From Deltaproteobacteria bacterium (GTDB taxonomy: Bacteria > Myxococcota > Kuafuiibacteriia > Kuafuiibacteriales > Kuafuiibacteriaceae): 64,000 bases of DNA. The notes beneath the pieces were generated by a model. It was given only the letters and a program-made list of their open reading frames with translations, was not told the origin of the DNA and did no database searches. Positions 9,574 to 19,051 of the stretch are shown here, piece after piece. The stretch lies in assembly GCA_040218735.1 (NCBI GenBank), contig JAVJQW010000017.1:224001-288000 (forward strand). Reading direction: 5' to 3'. The translations under genes were made by a program, and so were the position numbers. How positions within the stretch are numbered: the stretch's first letter is position 1; every line of letters starts with the position of its first letter.

Positions 9574-10428
9574 ATGAACGAACGACGCGCCCTCGCCTCC
9601 GTGCACCTCGGCGTCTTGATGTTCGGACTGGCCGCGCTGGTCGGCAAGATCGTCGACACGGATCCGATCCGGATCGTGTGGTGGCGGAGCCTGTTCGCCG
9701 CGATCGCGATCGCGGCGGCGATCCTCTTCGCGGATCGTCGCATCGTTCGTCCGAAGCGGATCGGATCGCTGTTCGTGCTCGGCGCGATCCTCGCGGCGCA
9801 CTGGATCACTTTCTTCGCCGCGATGCGGATCGCGTCGGTGACGATCGGGCTCCTCGGCTTCGCGACCTTCCCCGTGTTCGTCGCGTGGATCGAACCGTGG
9901 CTCGTACCGGGTGAGCGCTTTCGCCTCTCGTCGGTCGCGCTCGCCGTCGTCGCCGCAAGCGGAGTTGCGCTGCTGGTGCCGTCCTTCGATCTCACCGACA
10001 CGTTCACACTCGGCGCCGCAACCGGCGTGCTGTCCGGTTTGCTCTACGCGATCGTCGTGACCACGAACCGACGCCTCGTCGCCGACACCTCCGCGCTCGA
10101 GCTCGGCCTCTGGCAGAACGCGGCCGCAGTCGTGTGGCTCACGCCGTTCAACCTCGGCGTGATCGTCGGCCTACCAACCGTTCGGGATCTCGGTCTCCTG
10201 CTCCTGCTCGGCGTCGTGCTCACCGGCTTCGCGCACGTGCTGTTCGTGCACGGAATGCAAAAGGTGTCGGCGCGCAACGCGAGCATCATCGGGTTGCTCG
10301 AACCGGTGTACGGCGTCGCGGCCGCGAGCCTGCTCTTGGGCGAGCGCGCCGCGCTCCATACTTATGTCGGTGGCGTGGTGATCCTCGCGGCGGTCACGGT
10401 CGCGTCGCGCACGAAGGTCAACGCTTGA
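9574..10428 (+). CDS. EamA/DMT family transporter
   Basis: About 10 TM helices in two repeats; HWITFF and LLEPVYG...LLGE motifs; RBS GGAGAGG. Confidence 0.9.
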   Translation: MNERRALASVHLGVLMFGLAALVGKIVDTDPIRIVWWRSLFAAIAIAAAILFADRRIVRPKRIGSLFVLGAILAAHWITFFAAMRIASVTIGLLGFATFPVFVAWIEPWLVPGERFRLSSVALAVVAASGVALLVPSFDLTDTFTLGAATGVLSGLLYAIVVTTNRRLVADTSALELGLWQNAAAVVWLTPFNLGVIVGLPTVRDLGLLLLLGVVLTGFAHVLFVHGMQKVSARNASIIGLLEPVYGVAAASLLLGERAALHTYVGGVVILAAVTVASRTKVNA

Positions 10429-10648
10429 GCTGCTCGGTGCGCCGCAGCGCCTCGCCGTCCGGTCCGTACTCCACGATCGAGCGATGGTCGCCCGTCGTCG
10501 TGGCAACGACGCGCACGATCGGGACGAGGCCCGCCTTCGTCTTCACGTAGTGCATGTCGCGCGGCACGTCCGCGATCGGTCGTTCCATCACGACCTTCTG
10601 TGTGTTGCCGTCGACGTAGACGATCTTGCCCGGGTGTTTGGTGGCCAT
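10418..10648 (-). CDS. Small hypothetical protein, candidate immunity/inhibitor of the upstream metallopeptidase
   Basis: 76 aa MATKHPGKIVYVDGNTQKVVMERP...EYGPDGEALRRTEQLKR; ATG overlaps the upstream stop (TGATG); no signal peptide. Confidence 0.75.
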   Translation of the reverse strand: MATKHPGKIVYVDGNTQKVVMERPIADVPRDMHYVKTKAGLVPIVRVVATTTGDHRSIVEYGPDGEALRRTEQLKR

Positions 10649-13600
10649 CAGGGTGCTCCGTGGATCGTGTCGAGGATAGCAAACCTCTCGGGCATCAACG
10701 CACGCAGCTCCGCTTCGCGCGGCGTCCCCAGGACGTCGAGGTACACGGCGTAGGTCTCCGCGAAGTCCTCCTGCGGGTTCTGGCTCGCGTACCGTGAGAC
10801 ACCCGTCGTGTCGGCGTCGATCGCATCGCGCCACGGCTCCCAGTTCGTATCGTTCGAGTTGTAGCCCCAACGACCTTGGGACTCGAAGTGTCCGATCTCG
10901 TGCGCGAACGACGACGCCAGCGTGTTCTGGTAGTGCGACGGGCTCGGGTACACGTTGATGGTTCGGTTCGGCGTATCGGCGGTCATGTAACTCGTGAAGC
11001 CCGGCTCCCCGTAGACGTTCTGCCAGTAGGCGTCGGACGGGTTCGGCGCCGACTCGATCACCACACGATCCACCTGCTGCAGCGCCTCCGGCGGGAGGCG
11101 CGCGAGGCCGTCCGCGATCTCGTCGATCGTGGGCTGGCGCTGGCCGTTCGGCGCCGTCCGGTTGTTGATGACGACCTCGACCTGCTGACCGTGCACGTCG
11201 ACGGTGTAGCTCGTCGCGGTGTCGGAGCCGCCGCGGAACGGGTAGCGCCCGATCGTGGTCGGCATCGACACGTTGGGGCTGACGCCCGGCGGCCGCGCGT
11301 GGTTGTTCATGCCCTCGTTGACCTGCGGGAGACCACGCGGGTCGGCGAGGAAGGCTTCGAGCTCGACGCGCTGCTGGTTCGCGTCGTACCCGCGCCATTC
11401 GCGAGACGTGACCATGTCGTGCAGCGCCTGGCGAACCGGCCGCGAGATCTGCGGATTCTCGCCGCCGATGAGGTCGAGCAGTCGCGTCTGCTCGGCCGCG
11501 TCGAGCCGCGCGAACCCGTCCGTGCCCACGACGTCCGCGACTTGCGCGCGGAAGGCGCCGTGCCCCGGATCGAGATCGAGGTAGCGCTGCCGCACGTCGA
11601 CATCGAGGTCGCCCCAGCGCTCGACGAGGCGCTGCTTCGCCCGCGGGGACAGCGCATCGAACTCCGGAGTCCGGGCCAACGCGTCGAAGGACTCGAGGTT
11701 GTCGTCGAGGAACGTGCGGCGCTGCGCAGGCGTGAGATCCTGGAACGCCTCCGAGCGCGCGAGGTAACCAGCGACATCGTCCGGCAAGTCTTGTTGCAGA
11801 CGCCGCGCGGACGTGGCGTCGACCTGGTCGAAGAGCGCCGCGGTGCGACGCCCCTCGAGATCGAAGGGTCGTGCGTTCGTCGCCGCGCCCACGCCCCAGA
11901 AGCCGACGGACAACGCGAGGTTCGCGCGCTCCGCGCCCGACAGGTCGTCCCACTCGGTGAGGAGCGTGTAGCCGGCGTTGCCGGCGGCCGCCGCGTCGAG
12001 CGCGCCCGCCCCGACGCGTAGGAAACTCGCCGCCGTCGCGCCGCTCGCCGCGTAGCGACTGCCGGTGTTCACGAGGCGCCCTGCAACCCCGGTTGCACCG
12101 AGCGATGCGATGGAGAGCGCGCCGGCCCCGACGTCGAGCCACGCGGCGCGCGCGGCGGGGTCTTCCAGCGGGTTCACCGACTGACCGTGCTGGTAGCGAT
12201 CGTAGAGCTGATCCGCGCTGCGGTAGACCTGCCACGACGCCGCCGCACCCACGACGACGGGCGCGAGCGTCCCGCCCGAACCGAGGATGATCGCACCGCC
12301 CGCGATCGTGCCGCCGACGAGCGACGCCGTATCGAGGAACGCCGAGATGCGCTCACCGGGGGTGTCGATCGTGTTCGGCGTGTTGCGCGTCGCGAGCGTG
12401 ACCTTCTCGTCGAGGTGCCCGTCCTGCGGGTACGTGACGTTGCCCGGCGGGAGGACGTTGTTCTTCTTCCAGTCGTCGAAGTCGTCGTAGACGCGACCGA
12501 CGTTGTCGACGAAGCGCTCCGCCCCGGTGTCCTCGTCGACGACGCGGAACAGCGGGAGCTCGACCGTCCCGACGCCGTCCGCGGCGAACTGGATCGGGAG
12601 CACCGTGACCTCGGGGTCGTCGCCGCCGACGCTCCGGATCGCGTCGGCGACGGGCTCGACGACCTCTTGGGCCGGCTCGCCTTCGAACAGCGAGTGATCA
12701 CCGCGCGCCATCGCCTCTTCACGTGCGTCGCGCTCCGCGTCGGTCTCGTCGGGATCGATCCCCTGGGGCGGGAAGCCCATCGCGAACCCGACCGTGTTCT
12801 CGAGGTCGGTGCCGGACAGCTCGACGGGCTCGTCCCCGCGGAGGTCTTCGTACTGGCGCGCGGTGTCGGCGAACTCGTCGAAGACGATCGTCGGTACGTC
12901 GTAGACCGAGCTCTCGCTGGTGAAGAGGTCGCGGTCCCACTCCGGGTTGGCCTGCACGCGCGCGAGGTTCTCGAGGCGGCCCTCGTAGGTGAGGTCCTCG
13001 GAGAAGAGGTACTCACGGCCTTGCCCGCTGTCGAAGATCCCCTGGAGCCGCTCCGTCTCGGACGCGGCGAGCTCGGCGTCGTCCGGGTGCCAGTGCGTCG
13101 CGATCGCTTCGGCGAGCTCGTCGGCGACGAAGCCATCCTGCTCGCGGAGATCCTCGCGCGTGGCGGTGGCGAACGCCGCGTCGACCACGGCGGCGGTGGC
13201 CTCGGTCGGCTCGCCGTCGTTGATGGCGTGCAGGAGGAGCCCCTGCGACTGCGCGACGTCGTAGTTGCTCGCGGCACTACCGAAGGACGTCGTGACGCTG
13301 CTCGTCTCGCGCCCGAGCGATCCCATCAGCGACGCGGCGTCCTCGGGCCCGAGGTTCTCGATGAGCTCACGACGCCCCTCGTCCGTGCCGGCCGCGATGA
13401 CCGCGTGGCTGGCGAAGGTGGCGGCGAGGCCCCGCTCCGAGACCGAGTTGCCGATCGATCCGTCGAAGAGCCCCTCCTCCAACTCGATCGACTGGCGCGC
13501 GAGCGCCTCGCTGACCGGGGCCTGAAGCTCCGGATCGTCGAGCGAACCGTAGGCGAGCTCGTCGATCGCCCAGTAGTTCGTCTGGCGGTCGTAGTAGTCC

Positions 13601-14055
13601 GCGTCGAGATCCGACCAGCGGTCGATCGCGAGATCGAGGAGGTAGGCCTGCTCGTCCTCGGTGAGCTCGCCGAGCTCGGAGTCACCGCGGACGGCGTCCT
13701 GGATCAGCTCGACCTCTTCGTGGTGATTGCGGTCGGCCAGGTAGTCTTCGTCTTCGAGCGCCTGGTCGAACGCTTCGATCTCGTCACGGCGCTCGTCCGA
13801 GATGCTGTCGTCGTCGGACTCGGCGGCCGGCGGGATCTCCGGCTGGCGTGGGATCGGCGCGGGGATCTCGGGCGCGGACGGCGCGGGTCCGCTCGTGACC
13901 TCGAAGCGATCCCCCTCGTCGACGGCCGTCGGCGCTGCGGAGGTCGGTGCTGCGGAGGTCGGCGACGCGCTCGGCGCCGTCGTGGTCTCTTCGCGCTCGA
14001 CGGTGTTCTCGCGGACGCGTTCGGCGACGCGGCCGGCGATCTTCGAAAGGCCCAC
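10648..14055 (-). CDS. Large DUF4781-like protein with C-terminal HExxH zinc metallopeptidase (candidate toxin/effector)
   Basis: GTG start at 14055 (1135 aa). S/T/A/P-rich N-terminus; VTVLP...LPLFRV...FVDNVGRVYDDFDDWKKNNVLP block typical of DUF4781; Gly/Ala hydrophobic helices; C-terminal AHEIGH...VSRYASQNPQEDFAE. Confidence 0.8.
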   Translation of the reverse strand: MGLSKIAGRVAERVRENTVEREETTTAPSASPTSAAPTSAAPTAVDEGDRFEVTSGPAPSAPEIPAPIPRQPEIPPAAESDDDSISDERRDEIEAFDQALEDEDYLADRNHHEEVELIQDAVRGDSELGELTEDEQAYLLDLAIDRWSDLDADYYDRQTNYWAIDELAYGSLDDPELQAPVSEALARQSIELEEGLFDGSIGNSVSERGLAATFASHAVIAAGTDEGRRELIENLGPEDAASLMGSLGRETSSVTTSFGSAASNYDVAQSQGLLLHAINDGEPTEATAAVVDAAFATATREDLREQDGFVADELAEAIATHWHPDDAELAASETERLQGIFDSGQGREYLFSEDLTYEGRLENLARVQANPEWDRDLFTSESSVYDVPTIVFDEFADTARQYEDLRGDEPVELSGTDLENTVGFAMGFPPQGIDPDETDAERDAREEAMARGDHSLFEGEPAQEVVEPVADAIRSVGGDDPEVTVLPIQFAADGVGTVELPLFRVVDEDTGAERFVDNVGRVYDDFDDWKKNNVLPPGNVTYPQDGHLDEKVTLATRNTPNTIDTPGERISAFLDTASLVGGTIAGGAIILGSGGTLAPVVVGAAASWQVYRSADQLYDRYQHGQSVNPLEDPAARAAWLDVGAGALSIASLGATGVAGRLVNTGSRYAASGATAASFLRVGAGALDAAAAGNAGYTLLTEWDDLSGAERANLALSVGFWGVGAATNARPFDLEGRRTAALFDQVDATSARRLQQDLPDDVAGYLARSEAFQDLTPAQRRTFLDDNLESFDALARTPEFDALSPRAKQRLVERWGDLDVDVRQRYLDLDPGHGAFRAQVADVVGTDGFARLDAAEQTRLLDLIGGENPQISRPVRQALHDMVTSREWRGYDANQQRVELEAFLADPRGLPQVNEGMNNHARPPGVSPNVSMPTTIGRYPFRGGSDTATSYTVDVHGQQVEVVINNRTAPNGQRQPTIDEIADGLARLPPEALQQVDRVVIESAPNPSDAYWQNVYGEPGFTSYMTADTPNRTINVYPSPSHYQNTLASSFAHEIGHFESQGRWGYNSNDTNWEPWRDAIDADTTGVSRYASQNPQEDFAETYAVYLDVLGTPREAELRALMPERFAILDTIHGAP

Positions 14056-14101
14056 GCGATCACTGTGCGCGCGGGGCAGGCCACGAGCGATTGCGCGGCG
14101 A

Positions 14102-15211
14102 TTACAGCTGGGTCGCGGTCCCCGCGAGGAGGTGTTCGTGCGGCAGGACCCGGCGGACGATCGCCTCGATGTGCTGCCCGAGCACCTCGGCGGGCTGCGC
14201 CGCCTCCTCACGCGACAGGAGCGCCTGGAACCCGACGGCGCGGCGCGGCTCCGTCGCGAGGAAGCCGCTCCAGTACGCGGACGTGTGGCCTTCCGGCGAA
14301 CGTGTGATCTGCAGGCGACCGGCCGCGGTCGGGATCACGTCGGGCCCCGCAGCCCACGGCACCGGCTCCGGCATGCTCTGCCGCTGCTTCCAGAGGCGAC
14401 GAGGTTGATTTGTCTTCGGGACCTCGGTGAGCGTCATCGTGTGGCTCGGCGACAGCTCGACACGGAGCCCGGCGAACGTCCCGGCGACCTGCGTCGCGAC
14501 CTCGCCCGTCGCCGGCACGCGGAGCTCCGGCGTGAGGTTCTCGAGCTTGCCACTGCCGTTGGGGGCGTTGCCTCCGAACGAGCGCGTGTGGAGGAGGTCG
14601 ATCCCGTGGAGCCCGAGCTGCATCGGATCCATCAGGGCGCCCTCCGGGAAGACACCCGCGACCTGTTCGCGCAGACGTCGCGTCGCGGCCTCCGCGCCCT
14701 CGCCCGGCTGCGCGAACGTGAGCGCGTGGATCTGGAGGAACTTCGACGGCGACTCCGGCGCACGCACCCAGCCGTGCAGCACGATGCGATCGCGGCCGTC
14801 GACCTCGGCGTGCTGCGTGATGCCTTCGGGGTGATCGCGCACGGAGAAGTCGCCCGGGTCCTGAGCCATGAGCTGGTCCACCGTCCACGTGTTCGGCACG
14901 CCGAAGGACGGGTGGATCTGGACGCCGCCCTCGACCACCGATCCGCCGACCTCGATCCTGCCGTTGGTCGGGACGACGTCCGCCCCCGTGCGTACCGGCA
15001 CGCCCGCGATCCGACCGTCGACGACGTAGCGCGCCTCGTTGTTGAGCGGGTGCGACGCCGGGTAGCGAGCGCGATGTTCGGCGAGCGAAGGGTCCGTCCG
15101 ATCCGCGTGCCACGTGCTCGCGTCGGCGGGCGCCGACTCGTGGGGCACCACGGTGAACGCGGGTCGCGATGGGGTGGCCACGGACGAACGTCCGGCGCGG
15201 TCGACGGTCAT
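14102..15211 (-). CDS. Hypothetical protein (369 aa)
   Basis: ATG at 15211 (MTVDRAGRSS) fills the gap after the TonB receptor; no recognisable family and no signal peptide. Confidence 0.65.
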   Translation of the reverse strand: MTVDRAGRSSVATPSRPAFTVVPHESAPADASTWHADRTDPSLAEHRARYPASHPLNNEARYVVDGRIAGVPVRTGADVVPTNGRIEVGGSVVEGGVQIHPSFGVPNTWTVDQLMAQDPGDFSVRDHPEGITQHAEVDGRDRIVLHGWVRAPESPSKFLQIHALTFAQPGEGAEAATRRLREQVAGVFPEGALMDPMQLGLHGIDLLHTRSFGGNAPNGSGKLENLTPELRVPATGEVATQVAGTFAGLRVELSPSHTMTLTEVPKTNQPRRLWKQRQSMPEPVPWAAGPDVIPTAAGRLQITRSPEGHTSAYWSGFLATEPRRAVGFQALLSREEAAQPAEVLGQHIEAIVRRVLPHEHLLAGTATQL

Positions 15212-15276
15212 ATAGGTTTTGTCGGCTGACGGGCGCGCAGCGTCGTTTACGCCGCGCTTACGCGAGGTCGGAGGGC

Positions 15277-17589
15277 TCAGTAGCGCATGCGGGCTTCGAG
15301 GCCCCAGATGCGCGGATCCATCACGAATCCCGTGAGGTTGTTGAAGTCGATGCCGCCGGTGCGGGAGTTGTCGTCGAGGATGTTGCTCACGTACGCGGAC
15401 ATCTCGAGCTGGCCGTTGTCGCGTGTCCAGCCGACACGCAGGTCGCCGAGGATCATCGACGCGTCGGTGAACTCCTCCGACTCGTAGAGGAAGAAGTTCA
15501 CGCGGCTGCGGTACGACCAGTTCGTGAAGAAGAAGAGCGCGTTGCGCCCGTCGAGCGTCAGGTCGTAGCGCGCCGACGCGTTGAGGATGATCTTCGGCGC
15601 GTGCGGCAGCGGGTTCCCGTTGATCAACACCGTACCCATCGTCGGGCCGGGGTCGTCGAGGACGGTGCAGGGCGCACCGCAAGGCGCGAGCGCGAGGTCC
15701 GGATCTTTGATCTCGGTGTGGTTGTAGCTGAACCCGAAGTTCAGGAAGAGGCCCTTGATCGGCGCCGCCTCGCCGTCGAGCTCGAAGCCGTACCCGAGGG
15801 TGTTGTCGGCGTTGATGAGCTCGTTGAAGTTGTTCACACCACCGACCGCCGTGAGCTGCTGGTCACGCAGCGCGTAGTAGTAACCGGCGGCGTTCACACG
15901 CACGCGGTTGTCGAGGAACTCACTCTTCACGCCGGCCTCGACCGAGAGGATCTTCTCGGAGTCGGCGATCGAGATCGTGTCGCCGAACAACACGCGCCCC
16001 TGGATACTCGGTGCGCGGAAGCCGCTCGCGACGCGCCCGTAGACGTTCACGTCCTTCATGGCGCGATAACGAACGCTGCCGTCCCAGCTCACGAAGTCCG
16101 CCTTCGGATTCGCCGCGAGGCGGCCCGGGCCTGGCGCGCCGAACGGGGAGAGCGTACGCGTCGCGAGGAAGTCCTTCTCGTCGTTCGAGTAGCGCACGCC
16201 GCCGCCGATGCGGAGATCGTCGATCACGTCGTAGGTCGCGGACGCGAAGAGCGCCCACGCGTCGGTGGTCTGCCGCTGCGACGCGAAGCCGTCCTGCACG
16301 CCGCCGCCGAGGGTGTTGAAGCTGAGGGACTCGATGAACAGGCGCTCGTGGAAGTAGAAGAAGCCGGCCTGGAAGTTCACGTAGTCCCAGTCGTTCGTCG
16401 CGATGCGGATCTCCTCGCTGACCTGGAAGTGATCCGGGATGGCGTCGGCGGACTCGGAGGGGAACGGGATGTCGCCGGGGCTGCTGCCGGTGGGGAGGAA
16501 GACCGCGCCGCTTCCGCCGTCGATGTCACCGCGGCTGAAGATGTCGATCGTCTCGTAGCCGGTGATCGAAATCAGCGTGACGGGACCGAAGTCGTACTGC
16601 ACGTCACCGACGAGCCCGTACTGGGTGAGGTTCTGTTGGTTCTGACCGTCCTGCTGAACCGCGAAGCGATCGAAGTTGTCGTTCAGGTTGTCCGTGCCCG
16701 GCTCGATGATGTTCGCGCGGAAGACACGCGCCGTGCCGTCGAGCGTGTGCGCGTGGAAATTGAAGAGCGCGCGAAGCTGCGAGGTCGGGGTGAAGAGGAG
16801 CTGGAAACGCGCGGCGACATCCGAGAAATCCTCGAGCGCGTTCTGCTCCGTCGTGAACGTGTTGTCGACGTACCCATCGCGTCGTTCGTACATCACCGAG
16901 AAACGCGCCATGAGCACGTCGTCGATCATCGGGCCGCTCACTGCGCCCTCGAAGCCGGCGTACTGGAACGCGCCGTACGTGAAACGACCGTACCCTTCGA
17001 AGTCGTTCGTCGGTTTGCGCGTCTCGAACTTCACGATGCCCGCCGGCGTGTTGCGCCCGAACAGCGTGCCCTGCGGTCCACGGAGGACCTCGATGCGATC
17101 CATGTCGAAGACCGGGAAGCCTTTGATCGTCGGGTTCTCGAACACGACGCCATCGACGATCGTCGACACCGGCTGCGACGCGTTGAGGTCGAAGTCCGGA
17201 TTGCCGAGGCCGCGGATGTACAGACGCGGGAACGTCCGGCCGAACGACGACTCGATCGTGAGACTCGGCACGCGAATCGACAGGAAGCGCATGTCCGCAC
17301 CGCCGGTCCTCAGGTAATCGATCCGTTCATCACGCACTGCGGCGACGGACGTCGGAATCTCCTGGAGGTTCTCGAGTCGCTTCGTCGCCGTGACGTTGAT
17401 GACCTTCAGACCGATCAGCTCGACGAGGTCGAGATCCCCGATTCCGAGCTGTTCTTCTGTCGGTGTCGAGCTCCCGTCGCTCTCGGGCGCTTGCGCCGCT
17501 GCACGGTTCGGCAGGGCGAAGGATCCGATGAGGAGCAGGGGAGCGAGCTTCTGCAAGGCGCCTTGCGCGCGCGTTCGTGCAGCCTGCAT
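15277..17589 (-). CDS. TonB-dependent outer membrane receptor
   Basis: Signal peptide; VTATKR region; plug motif RIEVLRGPQGTLFGRNTPAG; barrel ending GLEARMRY. Start position approximate. Confidence 0.93.
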   Translation of the reverse strand: MQAARTRAQGALQKLAPLLLIGSFALPNRAAAQAPESDGSSTPTEEQLGIGDLDLVELIGLKVINVTATKRLENLQEIPTSVAAVRDERIDYLRTGGADMRFLSIRVPSLTIESSFGRTFPRLYIRGLGNPDFDLNASQPVSTIVDGVVFENPTIKGFPVFDMDRIEVLRGPQGTLFGRNTPAGIVKFETRKPTNDFEGYGRFTYGAFQYAGFEGAVSGPMIDDVLMARFSVMYERRDGYVDNTFTTEQNALEDFSDVAARFQLLFTPTSQLRALFNFHAHTLDGTARVFRANIIEPGTDNLNDNFDRFAVQQDGQNQQNLTQYGLVGDVQYDFGPVTLISITGYETIDIFSRGDIDGGSGAVFLPTGSSPGDIPFPSESADAIPDHFQVSEEIRIATNDWDYVNFQAGFFYFHERLFIESLSFNTLGGGVQDGFASQRQTTDAWALFASATYDVIDDLRIGGGVRYSNDEKDFLATRTLSPFGAPGPGRLAANPKADFVSWDGSVRYRAMKDVNVYGRVASGFRAPSIQGRVLFGDTISIADSEKILSVEAGVKSEFLDNRVRVNAAGYYYALRDQQLTAVGGVNNFNELINADNTLGYGFELDGEAAPIKGLFLNFGFSYNHTEIKDPDLALAPCGAPCTVLDDPGPTMGTVLINGNPLPHAPKIILNASARYDLTLDGRNALFFFTNWSYRSRVNFFLYESEEFTDASMILGDLRVGWTRDNGQLEMSAYVSNILDDNSRTGGIDFNNLTGFVMDPRIWGLEARMRY

Positions 17590-17828
17590 GGTGCGCGCGG
17601 AACGTAGCCCAATCCTGAACCGCGAGATAGCTCGGGGCGATGCCCCGAGCGGGTTGTGCATAGGAGTCCCGATGCGCGTCATTTACGGGAGTGGGAGCGC
17701 GCAGACGTGTACGGTGACGATGTGGGACTCCTGTCTCATGTGACAGCAAGGCGAATTGCGATCAGGGATCGTCAGGTAGATTCCCTCCAATACCTTGCCC
17801 GTGTCCGCGGCAGGGCGTAGAGCTTGGC

Positions 17829-19034
17829 GTGTTCGGCGTGGCACGACCGGGAAAAGACATCGAGCTCGCAGCCGTCGAAGACGGCGACAGCGCGTTCGGC
17901 AAGTATCGTCTCGTACGAAAGATCGCCGACGGCGGGATGGCGACGATCTATCTCGCGACGAGTGTCGGGCCCGGCGGCTTCGAGAAGCCGTGCGCCGTGA
18001 AGCGCATCCGCTCCGAGTACTCCGCCACACCTTCCTTCCGCGACATGTTGGTTCGCGAAGCCAAGGTCGCCGCGCTCTTGAACCACCCCAACATCGTGCA
18101 GGTGTTCGACTTCGGCCAGGTCGAAGACGAGTACTACCTGACCATGGAGTGGGTCGAAGGGGCGGCGCTGAGTCAGATCCTCAAACGCGCCGCGCGCAAA
18201 CGCATCCCGATCGGCCTCGGCCCCGTACTTCAGGTCACGAGCGCGCTCGCACGCGCGGTCGAGTACCTCGCCTCGGGACTCACCGTGGACGGCGTGCGAA
18301 CTCAGCTCGTTCACCGGGACATCTCACCGAGCAACGTCCTGGTCTCGAACACCGGCGTCATCAAACTCACCGACTTCGGCATCGTGAAGGTGCTCGACGC
18401 TCCGCAGGGCACGGCGGCCGGAGTCATCAAAGGCAAGTACGCGTACATGTCACCCGAGCAGCTCCGCGGCGAGCCGCTCGATTCACGGTCCGATGTCTTC
18501 TCACTCGGCGTGGTCATGTACGAAGCGCTGACGAAGAAGCGGCTCTTCCGTCGTGACGACGTCGCGTCGACGATCGCCGCGGTGCTCGGTGGATCCGTTC
18601 CGCGGCCGTCCACGATCGCGGGCGACATCCCGGCCGAAGTCGACGAGCTCGTCTTGGCGATGTTGTCGAAGCGCGCGGCCGAGCGCCCGAGCGCGAGTGA
18701 AGTCCGCGCACGCGTCGACGCGCTCGCCAGCGAACACGGCGCGCGAGGCACGGATCGCCTCGCGACGCTCGCACGCGGCGACAACGAAGCGGACAACGAC
18801 GACCCGAGCTTCGCCCAGGCGTCGACCGCGCTGCTCGGCGACGTCCCGCTGATCCCCACGGCCTCCGACGCACCCGCCGTGATGCCGGACCTCGCGAGCG
18901 CCTATCCTTCCCAGACCTCGATCCACATGCACGGCGCGCCCGCGAGCCCGAACACCGCGGCGTGGTGGGCGCTGGCCATCGTGCTGTTGGCGATCACCAG
19001 CACCCTCGCCTTCTGGGCGTTCGTGCTGAGCTGA
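17829..19034 (+). CDS. Ser/Thr protein kinase with C-terminal TM
   Basis: IADGGMATIY, AVKRI, HRDISPSN, DFG and KGKYAYMSPE motifs. Confidence 0.95.
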   Translation: MFGVARPGKDIELAAVEDGDSAFGKYRLVRKIADGGMATIYLATSVGPGGFEKPCAVKRIRSEYSATPSFRDMLVREAKVAALLNHPNIVQVFDFGQVEDEYYLTMEWVEGAALSQILKRAARKRIPIGLGPVLQVTSALARAVEYLASGLTVDGVRTQLVHRDISPSNVLVSNTGVIKLTDFGIVKVLDAPQGTAAGVIKGKYAYMSPEQLRGEPLDSRSDVFSLGVVMYEALTKKRLFRRDDVASTIAAVLGGSVPRPSTIAGDIPAEVDELVLAMLSKRAAERPSASEVRARVDALASEHGARGTDRLATLARGDNEADNDDPSFAQASTALLGDVPLIPTASDAPAVMPDLASAYPSQTSIHMHGAPASPNTAAWWALAIVLLAITSTLAFWAFVLS

Positions 19035-19051
19035 GGAGAGACCCCGTCGTC

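Noticed and set aside
10418-12235. 605-aa minus-strand ORF overlapping the toxin-like gene
   Set aside because: Only the last 76 codons (from ATG 10648) look protein-like; the rest is an alternative frame of the larger gene.
15219-15249. Complete sigma28 promoter
   Set aside because: The TAAA to GCCGACAA spacing is 19 nt rather than 15. It is kept only as a tentative -10 observation, not a feature.
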